From assembly GCA_963738405.1 (NCBI GenBank), contig CAVTWJ010000002.1, positions 64,001 to 128,000 on the forward strand: a stretch of 64,000 bases of DNA, read 5' to 3'. Made by a program: the position numbers and the translations under genes. Numbering within the stretch: the first letter of the stretch is position 1; each line of letters opens with the position of its first letter. The DNA is from a candidate division FCPU426 bacterium (GTDB lineage Bacteria; Oederibacteriota; Muellerivitia; Muellerivitales; Muellerivitaceae). Below are positions 19,401-28,660 of the stretch, piece by piece. Under the pieces are notes generated by a model. It was not told where the DNA came from. It made no database searches and saw only the letters and a list, made by a program, of their open reading frames with translations.

Positions 19401-20483
19401 TCATTTGGAAGCCAGTTGTTTCTTAAACCGGTCAATGAGGACGATGGGCGTAGGGTCCAGGCCCTTCAAGTAGGCCAGGTAAACGCTTGCGAAATCACCC
19501 AAAACCAGGCTGGTCATCATTTGGCAAAGGATACTCTTTCCCTGGGGCTCCACCTCCATGACCCCCGCTGTCCTGGATTTCAGAATTCCTTTAAGAATAT
19601 CGAACCTGCGTGCGATCTGATGATGGTCTCCCTTCGGAAGCCGCAACAACACCGCCGCCATGCCCCTGGTCAGCGGCTCGGGAAAGGAATAGCCCAAAAC
19701 CTCATTGTGGTTCATCTCGGGAACAACACCTTGTAGGCAAATTTGCTTGGCGTTCTCGTTGAATTGGCACTTCCAGCGGAGGCCTACCGGCTCCAAATGG
19801 TCCTGCCCGGCATAAACCACCGGAAGCTTCTTGTGAAGAAAGCGGGCCAGTTGTTTGGCGGGGTTTTGGGAAACCGGCTCATGAGGTCCATATCCAGCTG
19901 AGAGCCGGTTCATCCAATCAATGGTTTCGGCGAAGGCTTTATCCTGGGATTCCAAAAGCCCTATGGATTCCAAGGCGGTCATGAGGGTTACGAAGGAATA
20001 GCCCAGGGCTGACCGGGGCGGCATCCCCGAAGGCGGGGCCAAGTTTGGAAACTTGTGTTTGCGGGCCCTTCTTAAAAGCTCACCCCCGGTGGAAATAACC
20101 AAAAGAGGCAGTTTGCGCCGCAAAGCCTGATCAAAAACCGAGAGGGTTTCCTCCGTATTGCCCGAGTAGCTGGAACAAACCACCAGGGTGTTTTTGCCCG
20201 CCCATCCTGGCAGGTCGTAATGCCGATTAACGCTCACAGAGAAACGAGTGGATTTCCAGGTCAGGCCCTTCAAAAGGTCGCCGCCGATGGCCGACCCCCC
20301 CAACCCAGCGACCAGCACTTGACGGATACCGCCGGTTCTCACGCGAAGAGCAGGCGAAGCCTGGACCCTTCGGCGCGCGTCTAGAAACTGCCCCGGCAGG
20401 TTCAGCACCTTTCCCAGCATGTCGGAAGGATCCAACTTTTTCATTTTTTCAGGCTGATCCAATAGAAAAGGGGACAAGGGCAA
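19401..20483 (-). CDS. Bifunctional phosphoglucose/phosphomannose isomerase (SIS)
   Basis: GLGGSAIGGD, SYSGNTEET, PRSALGY, RWKCQFNENAK, PEMNHNE. Confidence 0.92.
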   Translation of the reverse strand: MPLSPFLLDQPEKMKKLDPSDMLGKVLNLPGQFLDARRRVQASPALRVRTGGIRQVLVAGLGGSAIGGDLLKGLTWKSTRFSVSVNRHYDLPGWAGKNTLVVCSSYSGNTEETLSVFDQALRRKLPLLVISTGGELLRRARKHKFPNLAPPSGMPPRSALGYSFVTLMTALESIGLLESQDKAFAETIDWMNRLSAGYGPHEPVSQNPAKQLARFLHKKLPVVYAGQDHLEPVGLRWKCQFNENAKQICLQGVVPEMNHNEVLGYSFPEPLTRGMAAVLLRLPKGDHHQIARRFDILKGILKSRTAGVMEVEPQGKSILCQMMTSLVLGDFASVYLAYLKGLDPTPIVLIDRFKKQLASK

Positions 20484-20562
20484 ACCTCCGAAGGGTTATC
20501 ACCAAGGTGTCAATTATTCACTTTCAAAGGGGCAAAATCAAAAAAGAAAAGGTAATAAAAGG

Positions 20563-22107
20563 CTAGCGGGCTGAGGATCCTTGAACCAGTTTCCCCGCCT
20601 GCCGAAAGGGTTCTTTCAACGCGGGGTAAAGCTTCCGAAACAACCCATAAAATTCCTGGTAGCGGTTTACAGAAGCCTTTCGGGGAGAGGTTCGGCTGGT
20701 CACCCGCACTAGGCTTGAACAGGCTATTTTCAGGTTGGGGTAAATCCCAACCCCTACCATTGCCAGCAGGGCCGCCCCATAGCCCGGGCCTTCCTTGCTG
20801 TTGACCGTCACCACTTCAGTTCCGTAGATATCCGCCTGAAGCTGACGCCAGAAGGGGTTCACAGCCCCGCCCCCGGTCGCCACAACCCGGCGGATGGGAA
20901 TTTTCAATTCCCGGAAAATTTCAAGCGAGTCCCTCATACCGAAGGTGATTCCCTCAAAGACCGAGCGGGTAAAATGATCCCGGCCATGGCGGGCACCGGC
21001 CCCCACAAAGGCAGCGCGTGCCATAGGGTCTTTATGAGGGGTTCGTTCACCCATTAAATAGGGCAGAAACAATAACCCTTCGCTTCCTTCGGGGGCCTTA
21101 GCGGCCTCCCGGCCCAAAAGATCGTAAGGGTCCATCCCCTTCTTCTTGGCGGCTTCCTTTTCCCATAGTCCCAGGCTATCCCGATACCAGCGCAGGGCAA
21201 AACCCGCCGAAAGCATGACCCCCATGAGGTACCACTTTTCGGGGACGCTGCCGCAAAAGGTATGGGCACGCATTTGGGGGTCCACCTGCACCTTTTCAGA
21301 GTGGGCCAAAACCACTCCGGATGTTCCCAGGCTGGCCATCACGTCGCCGGGCTGGATGATGCCGTTCCCCACCGCCCCGCAGGCGTTATCCGCCCCGCCC
21401 CCCACCACCGGAAGCCCGGCTGGCAGGTTAAGGGCCTTGGCCACGGCGCCGGTCAGGTTTCCGGATATATCCTGAGATTCGGTCACAGGCGGAAACCAGT
21501 TCAGGGGTACCCCTAATCGAGCCAATAGCGCCTTGGACCATTTTCGGTTTTTGACATCGAAACAAAGGGTCCCAGCCGCGTCGGAAACATCGGTCGCCAG
21601 TTCCCCGGTCCATTTGTATCGGATGTAGTCTTTGGGCAGGAGAACATGGGCGATGCGGGCGTAAATTTTAGGTTCGTGTTTTTTCACCCAAAGAATTTTG
21701 GGCAGGGTGAACCCTTCCAGAGCGGGGTTGGAAACCCATTTTTCAAGGTTGGCGATTCCTGCCTTGCGGGTGATTTCCTCACATTCGGCGTGAGTTCGGG
21801 TATCGCACCAAAGGAGGGCGGGCCGGAGAACCTTGCGGTCACGGTCCAAAAAAACAGAGGAATGCATTTGGCCTGAGAGCCCGATGGCCCGGATGTTTCG
21901 GACCGATAAATCCGACTTACGCACAGCGTCCGCCACGGCCTGGTTAGCGGCCTTAAGCCAGGTATCGGGGTGCTGTTCGGCCCAGCCCGGTTGAGGTGTC
22001 AGGAGGGGGTACTCCACCGTGACAGAAGAAAGAACGGTACCCTTTTCCGAGACCACAATGGCCTTGGTACCCGAGGTCCCGATGTCGCAGCCGATGACGG
22101 CCCTCAT
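20563..22107 (-). CDS. xylB: Xylulokinase
   Basis: DIGTSGTK, GLSGQMHS, LLPKDYIR, GGGADNA, FLPYLMGERTPH; adjacent to xylose isomerase. Confidence 0.93.
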   Translation of the reverse strand: MRAVIGCDIGTSGTKAIVVSEKGTVLSSVTVEYPLLTPQPGWAEQHPDTWLKAANQAVADAVRKSDLSVRNIRAIGLSGQMHSSVFLDRDRKVLRPALLWCDTRTHAECEEITRKAGIANLEKWVSNPALEGFTLPKILWVKKHEPKIYARIAHVLLPKDYIRYKWTGELATDVSDAAGTLCFDVKNRKWSKALLARLGVPLNWFPPVTESQDISGNLTGAVAKALNLPAGLPVVGGGADNACGAVGNGIIQPGDVMASLGTSGVVLAHSEKVQVDPQMRAHTFCGSVPEKWYLMGVMLSAGFALRWYRDSLGLWEKEAAKKKGMDPYDLLGREAAKAPEGSEGLLFLPYLMGERTPHKDPMARAAFVGAGARHGRDHFTRSVFEGITFGMRDSLEIFRELKIPIRRVVATGGGAVNPFWRQLQADIYGTEVVTVNSKEGPGYGAALLAMVGVGIYPNLKIACSSLVRVTSRTSPRKASVNRYQEFYGLFRKLYPALKEPFRQAGKLVQGSSAR

Positions 22108-22140
22108 GAAGCCTCCTTAAGAAAATCAGCTTTTCAATGT

Positions 22141-22283
22141 TGTCATCGCGAGGAGCCGCCCCAATCGGGGCGATTGGCGACGTGGCGATCTCAGTACGCC
22201 GTTCGCGTTGGTTTAGGCTTATTTAAACTGGGATTGCCTCGTCATAACCGCTCGCCTATCCGGCGAGCATTCCTCGCAATGAC
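22141..22283. repeat. Palindromic REP/MITE-like element, family GTCAT(C/T)GCGAGG...CCTCGCAATGAC, copy 1
   Basis: Terminal inverted repeats and internal hairpins; similar copy at 58536-58675. Confidence 0.8.
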
Positions 22284-22307
22284 CGCAAAACAAACAGATA
22301 AAAAGGG

Positions 22308-23474
22308 CTAGTCCATACCCATCAGAATTTCCTGGAGGCGTTGATCCAGTTCCTCGTAGGGCAGGCGCTTTTTGGAAAGCAAATCGGGATTGAACTTTCC
22401 ATTCTTTAACTGATTCGCCCCCTCAGGCGTGAACCGTCTCATCACGTTTTCCCATTGGGGGTCCTTGCCGTGCAGGGCCTTGAGGATTTGCTGGATTTTC
22501 TTGTCGGCGTTGAACCGCCGTACCTTTTCCCAAAGCATCAGGTAGGTGCGCATGCTTCCATCCACGAAATCCCAAACGCCCTTCTCGTCCTCGCTACGGT
22601 AGGGATGCTCGTCGAAATTGCGTGTGCCTGCCCAGCCGTTGTCTTCCAGAAGTTTCACCACAAAGAAGGTTTCCTTTAAATCTTCAGAACCGAAACGCAG
22701 GTCCTGGTCGAAACGGCCCGGTTTCTGGGCCCCCAGGTCCACGTGGTAAAGCTTGCCTGCCTCCATCGCCTGAGCAAAGTCGTGGTAGGTGTTCAGGTTG
22801 GCCATGCGGGAATGCTCGATCTCGGGGTTTACCCCCACCCGATCCGGGTCGTCCAAAGTTTCAATAAAGGCCAGCACATGCCCTGCGGTGGCCAGGTAAA
22901 TGTCGCCACGCGGTTCGTTCGGCTTGGGTTCGATGGCGAACTTGAAGGAATATCCGTTATGCCTCGCGTAAGCGCAAAGGAAGTTCATGCACTCCCGGTA
23001 CCGCTTCAGGGCTTCCTCGGGGGTCTTGGCGGCGTCCACTTCGGCCCCTTCCCTGCCGCCCCAGAAGACATAAACGGTAGCGCCCAACTCGGCGCCTAGG
23101 TCCATGTTCTTCATCACCTTCTGCAGGGCAAATGCCCGAACCTTGGGGTCATGACTGGTGAAGGCCCCGTCCTTGAAAACCCGGTGAAAAAAAAGATTGG
23201 TGGTGGCCATGGCGCATTTGATGTCGTAATCGCGCATGATTTTTTTGGTGTCTTTAATGATTCGGTTTCGCAAGGTGAGGCTGGCCCCAAAGGGGATCAG
23301 GTCGTCGTCGTGATAATTGAAGCCCCAGACATTGTGCTTGGCCAGTTCCTTGATGTTGGTGAGGGGATCGAGTCGGGAACGGGTTTCCTCGCCAAAAGGA
23401 TCGCGGCCACGGTTGGCGGTGGTCCAAAGTCCGAATGAGAAACGGTGTTCCTTTTTGGGTTTATAGCTAGGCAT
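22308..23474 (-). CDS. xylA: Xylose isomerase (short class I type)
   Basis: EHRFSFGLWT..RGRDPFG, FWGGREG, IEPKPNEPRGD, FDQDLRFG; ATG at 23474 with GGAGG. Confidence 0.95.
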   Translation of the reverse strand: MPSYKPKKEHRFSFGLWTTANRGRDPFGEETRSRLDPLTNIKELAKHNVWGFNYHDDDLIPFGASLTLRNRIIKDTKKIMRDYDIKCAMATTNLFFHRVFKDGAFTSHDPKVRAFALQKVMKNMDLGAELGATVYVFWGGREGAEVDAAKTPEEALKRYRECMNFLCAYARHNGYSFKFAIEPKPNEPRGDIYLATAGHVLAFIETLDDPDRVGVNPEIEHSRMANLNTYHDFAQAMEAGKLYHVDLGAQKPGRFDQDLRFGSEDLKETFFVVKLLEDNGWAGTRNFDEHPYRSEDEKGVWDFVDGSMRTYLMLWEKVRRFNADKKIQQILKALHGKDPQWENVMRRFTPEGANQLKNGKFNPDLLSKKRLPYEELDQRLQEILMGMD

Positions 23475-23629
23475 GACGCCTCCGATATTTTGGTTGGTTT
23501 GACGAGAATCTTTTTCTTTCGACGGACGCACATTATACATTCTCCCTTTCGTCCGAATTCATGTATAAATAAACGAACAGTCGTGTTGAGACTGAAACAA
23601 CAATTGGAATTTCCAAAAAAGATTCAGAC

Positions 23630-24805
23630 ATGAACCCAACCCTCATCCAACAATCCCGCGCTGAATACCAAACCCTCTTCGGGGAAAAGCCCGCATTAGA
23701 CGCTTGGGGCCCGGGCCGAGTGAACCTGATCGGCGAACATACCGATTACAACGATGGTTATGTCCTCCCCATGGCCTTGAACCGGGGTATTTTTTGTACC
23801 GGCAAGGGCCGAAACGACGGCAAGGTCATTCTCTATTCCGCCGACTATCAAGACCGGGTGGAATTCGACGTGGAAAACCTTAAAAAAGACCCAACCCATT
23901 CCTGGGCTGATTATTTCAAAGGCGTTTTGGCGCAATACCTGAAGGCAGGTGGAAAATTCCAGGGCTGTCAGGCGCTTCTCAAGGGGGACCTGCCCCAAAG
24001 GGCGGGTTTAAGTTCTTCCGCCGCTTTGGAAGTAGCTTCGGCGGTTTTCATTGAAAAAATCAGCGGCCAGGTTTGGGGCGATCTGGAACTGGTCAAGGCC
24101 GCCCAGGCCGCGGAAAACCAATTCGTCGGCGTCAATTGCGGAATCATGGACCCCTACGCTTCTTACTTAGGGAGGGATTCCGACGCCCTTTTGATTGATT
24201 GCCAAAACCTGTCCTACCAATGGGTGCCAATCCATAAGGACGCTAAGATCGTCGTCTGCAATACGGGCGTCAAACGGGCCCTGGCCCAATCGGCTTACAA
24301 CCAAAGGCGACAGGAATGCGAGGAAGCGGTCCGGCTCCTCAAGCCCGCCCTGCCCCATGTCCACACCTTGCGGGACCTTTCCGTGGCGGACTTTGAGCGC
24401 CACCAAGAACTTCTGCCCGAAACCATCCTCAAACGCTGCCGCCACGTGGTTTCTGAAAACCAACGGGTCTTGGATATGGTTCGGGCCCTGGAGCAGGACG
24501 ACCTTATCACCGCTGGAACCTTAATGGCCCAATCCCACGAATCCCTTTGCGATGACTACGAGGTCAGTTGTAAGGAACTAGATTTACTGGCGAACCTGGC
24601 ACAAAAGAACGAGGCGGTTTACGGCGCCCGTATGACAGGGGCGGGTTTCGGCGGCTGTACTGTCAACCTAGTCCGGGAAGACGGGGTGGAAAGCTTCCGG
24701 CGGGAAGCCGCTGTGGAATATAAGGCGAAAACCGGCATTGACCTTGAAAGTTATGTCTTTACTGCCTCAGCCGGCGCCAAGTTTTATTCGGAACAAAAAT
24801 CATGA
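23630..24805 (+). CDS. galK: Galactokinase
   Basis: PGRVNLIGEHTDYNDG, AGLSSSAALE, CGIMD, GARMTGAGFGG. Confidence 0.95.
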   Translation: MNPTLIQQSRAEYQTLFGEKPALDAWGPGRVNLIGEHTDYNDGYVLPMALNRGIFCTGKGRNDGKVILYSADYQDRVEFDVENLKKDPTHSWADYFKGVLAQYLKAGGKFQGCQALLKGDLPQRAGLSSSAALEVASAVFIEKISGQVWGDLELVKAAQAAENQFVGVNCGIMDPYASYLGRDSDALLIDCQNLSYQWVPIHKDAKIVVCNTGVKRALAQSAYNQRRQECEEAVRLLKPALPHVHTLRDLSVADFERHQELLPETILKRCRHVVSENQRVLDMVRALEQDDLITAGTLMAQSHESLCDDYEVSCKELDLLANLAQKNEAVYGARMTGAGFGGCTVNLVREDGVESFRREAAVEYKAKTGIDLESYVFTASAGAKFYSEQKS

Positions 24806-25710
24806 AACCAGCCCTTGTGATTATGGCCGCTGGAATGGGAAGCCGGTTTGGAGGCCTCAAACAATTGGAAGGCGTGGACCCCGGAGGGTCTACCCTGCTG
24901 GATTACTCCATCTTCGATGCCCTGCGCGCCGGGTTTGGCAAGGTGGTTTTCATCGTGCGCCGGGAGATGGAAGCAGATTTTAAGGAACGTATCGGGAATA
25001 AGTGGGAACCCAAAGTCCTAGTCAGTTATGCCTTTCAAGAGCTATCGGACATCCCATCAGGCTTTCAGGTCCCACCAAACCGGCAAAAGCCCTGGGGCAC
25101 GGGCCATGCCATCTATTCGGCTCGAAATGCGGTAAAAGAGCCCTTCGCGGTCCTCAACGCCGACGATTATTACGGCCAACACACTTTCCAAGTCATGGCT
25201 GAATACCTGAAAACCATTCCCTCCCCCGAAAGTACTGCCTTCGCCATGGTGGCCTTTTGCCTGCGTCACACCCTATCCGAACACGGCCACGTATCCCGTG
25301 CCCTTTGCGAGGCGGACCCAGCCAGGAAGCTTCAAAAGGTCGTGGAACGGCTCAAGGTTTTCAAAAAAGGCGAAGGTGCCGAATACGAGGATGAAACGGG
25401 AGGCCGCCACCCCTTAAGCGGAAATGAACTGGTTTCCATGAATATCTGGGGCCTGACACCTTCGGTATTCCCGCAATTAGGCGGATTGTTTGAGGAGTTT
25501 TTGAAAGAAAAAGGCCAAGAAGAAAAGTCGGAGTTTCTGATACCTAAAGCCATCGATCAATTAATTACAAGAAAGCGGGCCGAAGTAAAAATTCTGCCCA
25601 CACCCGATTCATGGTTTGGGCTCACCTACCCCGAAGACCATGAGCAGGCTAAAGTTTCAATTAGTCAATTGGTTTCAAAAGGGGTCTATCCAGAAAATCT
25701 TTGGCGTTAA
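24802..25710 (+). CDS. Sugar-phosphate nucleotidyltransferase (NTP_transferase family)
   Basis: IMAAGMGSRFGGLKQ, KPWGTGHA, NADDYYG, WFGLTY; ATGA overlap with the galK stop. Confidence 0.85.
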   Translation: MKPALVIMAAGMGSRFGGLKQLEGVDPGGSTLLDYSIFDALRAGFGKVVFIVRREMEADFKERIGNKWEPKVLVSYAFQELSDIPSGFQVPPNRQKPWGTGHAIYSARNAVKEPFAVLNADDYYGQHTFQVMAEYLKTIPSPESTAFAMVAFCLRHTLSEHGHVSRALCEADPARKLQKVVERLKVFKKGEGAEYEDETGGRHPLSGNELVSMNIWGLTPSVFPQLGGLFEEFLKEKGQEEKSEFLIPKAIDQLITRKRAEVKILPTPDSWFGLTYPEDHEQAKVSISQLVSKGVYPENLWR

Positions 25711-25769
25711 ATCAAACAGGTTCACAGTATCAAGGGTTGTCCAATGCGGGTCCCCGTCGTGGACAGGTT

Positions 25770-25793
25770 AAAAGTCATAAATCGCGTATGACT
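25770..25793 (-). terminator. Probable intrinsic terminator between convergent genes
   Basis: AGTCATA-CGCGATT-TATGACT-TTT hairpin on the minus strand. Confidence 0.5.
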
Positions 25794-25816
25794 CCAGAAG
25801 CGATTTCACAATAATT

Positions 25817-26716
25817 TTATTTTTCTATCCTTTCAAATAAATAGAATCCACTTTCTGCGCACATTAGGATCATTTTTTGTCTCGTTTTATCTACAACGAT
25901 TTCGCGTAAATCATAGAATTTATTTCCCACCGGAACTGTTTCATATACAAAAACCGGATCACTAAAACCAAAGTCATAAGAAAACAACACTGTCCCTTTA
26001 CCGTGAGTTTTCCGGTCCCAGAATTCCGCGTCTCCCCTCTTTTCGATCTTTGGATGTGGGGAGATAGTACATTTAAAATTTCTACCAAACGAATTCAGTG
26101 TTATTACACTTGATCTAATAGAAGCAATTTTCCCGAGATTCGCCTTCGCTTCATCTTCCCCAATTGCGCCAATAAAGCGGATTTGATAATCAATCATTTT
26201 CCAATCGCCCTCTAAATCGGCATAAGGTTTTTCGGGAGGTTTTAAAGGAAAATAACTTATATAAGTCGAGTTGCAATTGTTGGCACTGCAATCATTGGAT
26301 AACACACTATGAATTTTCCCCACATCGAACCATATCACGCCATTACTTATCATATAACCCATATCACCCAAACAGATTTCATCTCTTTTTTGATTCAGGA
26401 TTTTTTTATTTACATCATCTGTAAAAATAACATCAATAAATTTTAATAACTGCTGTGGGTTGTTTGCCTTTTGTTCGAACTCATGGTTCACGAGACAGAC
26501 GGGATATTCAAACTGTAAAGAAAGCCATTTGTATTCTTTATTTTCGATAGCTTTTTTTATCCGGTCGAAATATGCCCTAGTAGCAATATCTTCTGTTGTT
26601 AGTCCTGTTTGCTTTTCTTTTATTTCATCGGATTTAGCTATAAGTTCATTACTTAAACAGTGACGGGGGCAGAAAAGAAAGACAGCAAATAAGACTAATG
26701 TGAAATAAATTTTCAT
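25817..26716 (-). CDS. AT-rich secreted hypothetical protein
   Basis: Long ORF with signal peptide (MKIYFTLVLFAVFLFC); visibly lower GC than neighbours. Confidence 0.65.
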   Translation of the reverse strand: MKIYFTLVLFAVFLFCPRHCLSNELIAKSDEIKEKQTGLTTEDIATRAYFDRIKKAIENKEYKWLSLQFEYPVCLVNHEFEQKANNPQQLLKFIDVIFTDDVNKKILNQKRDEICLGDMGYMISNGVIWFDVGKIHSVLSNDCSANNCNSTYISYFPLKPPEKPYADLEGDWKMIDYQIRFIGAIGEDEAKANLGKIASIRSSVITLNSFGRNFKCTISPHPKIEKRGDAEFWDRKTHGKGTVLFSYDFGFSDPVFVYETVPVGNKFYDLREIVVDKTRQKMILMCAESGFYLFERIEK

Positions 26717-26778
26717 AACGTTTCCTTCATCACGCATTCTATCTTTGGTAGTCCGCGTGCGGGCCCAAACTCATTGTT

Positions 26779-27768
26779 CTAAGCCGAATCCCGAACAATC
26801 AAATGGGTCTTGATTTGCAGGGTGGAACGAACCTTCTCCTCACCTGTAACCAACCTCATCAATTTGTGAACGGCTTGTTTCCCTAATTCAAAGGGGTCGT
26901 ACCCCACGGTGGTAAGGGTAGGCGTCACATAGGAAGCCATTTCAATATCATCAAAACCCACTAACGCGAACAGGCCTTCTTTTTTACGGTTCTGCAGGGT
27001 CTTCATTACCCCGATGGCCATGGCGTCATTCGCCGCGAAGATGGCGGTAGGCGGGTTGGCCATTTCCAGGAATTTCCCTGCCGCCTCGATGCCGGAGGGA
27101 ATGGTGTAATTCCCCTTTTGGATCAAGCTCTCGTCGATAGGTATGCCAGCCTCCTTCAACGCCAACCGATAGCCCTGCTCGCGGTCGGAAGAATCGCTCA
27201 TATCTTCCCTGCCCGTGATGAAACCGATCCTCTTATGTCCCTTTTGAATCAAGTGTTCGGTGGCTTGTTTTCCGCCGTTGAGATTATCGAGGGCAATGGT
27301 GGGCATAAGGTACTCGAACCGCTTTTCACCGGCGACCACCATGGGAAACTTGCGCTGGTTCAAACTGCGGATGAGCCCTTCCATCTGGGGCGAGGGCAGG
27401 AAAAATAAAAGGCCGTCCACCACCGGCGGCTCGGTGAGGGTATGGATAATCTCCCTTTCCTCCAGGGTTCCTTCCGGCAGGGTCGCGAGGGTCAAAAGCT
27501 TTCCATGTCGCCGGGCTTCTTCTTCCATGCCCGAAATCGAAACGGCCGCGAAGAGATTGAGGGAAGGGGTGACCACGCCCAGAAACCCGGTCTTATGGTT
27601 GGCCGCCAAGCCCCTGGCGAAGCGGTTGGGCCGGTACTGCATCTTTTCCATCATGGCTTTGACTTTTTGTTCGGTCTCAAACTTCACCGCCAGCCCGTTT
27701 AAAACCCTTGAAACAGTCGCCTTGGAAACACCCGTGTTATCGGCGATCTGTTGAATCGTCACACCCAT
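26779..27768 (-). CDS. LacI family transcriptional regulator
   Basis: TIQQIADNTGVSKATVSRVLN HTH, YRPNRFARGL hinge, AANDAMAIG, GFDD, PTLTTV. Confidence 0.95.
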   Translation of the reverse strand: MGVTIQQIADNTGVSKATVSRVLNGLAVKFETEQKVKAMMEKMQYRPNRFARGLAANHKTGFLGVVTPSLNLFAAVSISGMEEEARRHGKLLTLATLPEGTLEEREIIHTLTEPPVVDGLLFFLPSPQMEGLIRSLNQRKFPMVVAGEKRFEYLMPTIALDNLNGGKQATEHLIQKGHKRIGFITGREDMSDSSDREQGYRLALKEAGIPIDESLIQKGNYTIPSGIEAAGKFLEMANPPTAIFAANDAMAIGVMKTLQNRKKEGLFALVGFDDIEMASYVTPTLTTVGYDPFELGKQAVHKLMRLVTGEEKVRSTLQIKTHLIVRDSA

Positions 27769-27811
27769 GTCGGCTCCTTAACCATGTTGCCCCTGAAACT
27801 TAAAGGGAATT

Positions 27812-27827
27812 TTTGTAACCGGTTTAA
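27812..27827. promoter_or_regulatory. Candidate LacI-family operator TTTGTAACCGGTTTAA (site 1)
   Basis: Near-palindrome with central CG ~45 bp upstream of the lacI start; identical 16-mer at 39776. Confidence 0.7.
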
Positions 27828-27934
27828 TGTAATGCCAAACACAAGATATAAGAAGAAAAAACAATGGGAAAATTTCAATTTGTTACAAAAAGGGATTTTG
27901 TACTGCGTATTAAAGGGTCTTCAGAAAAGAAAAA

Positions 27935-28612
27935 TCAGGGACAGTTGGGGACGAGGCGCAGGTTATCCATGTAGATATTCCCTGTTCCGTTTGGAATTCC
28001 GTTCGAGTTTCCAGTGGCGCTATTGTTATAAACAAAGGTCCACTTGGTCATGCCTTCCGTGGGAAGGATGGTTCCCGCCGAAAACTTAATGTTCCAAACC
28101 ACGCTTTGCGACCCGGCGTTAATGGTCGGGTAGTCGCCGCTGATGGCCTGGAAATACTTACTTGAGGGGCCGTCATCCGCCACGAATAAAAGGGTGTGGT
28201 ATCCCGCGTCGTTAACCACCGATGGGTCCACCGTGACATCCATAATCACTTGGGTGGTATTGGTAAGTACCAGCGGTGTGGCAAAGGTCATGATCAGGAT
28301 ATTCTGGTTGAAGGAAACGGGCGTGATGATATCCACGTCCAGAGAATAGAGCCCCTGCGTCGGATAGTAGGGCGACTTCGAAAGGACAGAGGTATAGGTA
28401 ACGCCGTTGGCCGGGTCATTGAGGGTGATACCGTTATCTGAAACCCCGCCTCCAATGGTTTCAAAGCCAGCTAGAAGGGTATCGGGGCAGGGCGCGTGAT
28501 AAACCATCGCGGCGGCGGATGGCGTTTTTTGGGAACAGCCATCGGCCCAAACGAACAAGAGAACAAAAGCCGCCGAGGCCAAAGCCGGTATTAGAAAATT
28601 CATTTTCTTCAC
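27935..28612 (-). CDS. Putative lipoprotein with galactose-binding-like (CBM-like) domain
   Basis: Signal ending ADGC; beta-rich domain ending GNIYMDNLRL; visibly similar to a module of 61336..63744. Confidence 0.7.
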   Translation of the reverse strand: MKKMNFLIPALASAAFVLLFVWADGCSQKTPSAAAMVYHAPCPDTLLAGFETIGGGVSDNGITLNDPANGVTYTSVLSKSPYYPTQGLYSLDVDIITPVSFNQNILIMTFATPLVLTNTTQVIMDVTVDPSVVNDAGYHTLLFVADDGPSSKYFQAISGDYPTINAGSQSVVWNIKFSAGTILPTEGMTKWTFVYNNSATGNSNGIPNGTGNIYMDNLRLVPNCP

Positions 28613-28660
28613 AACTCCCCTCCCCAATCCCGTCCCACCAATAATACCGCGCTGTACCGA

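Noticed and set aside
23555..23585. XylR (ROK) operator in the xylA-galK divergent region
   Set aside because: Only a half-site resemblance, and no ROK regulator is in the window
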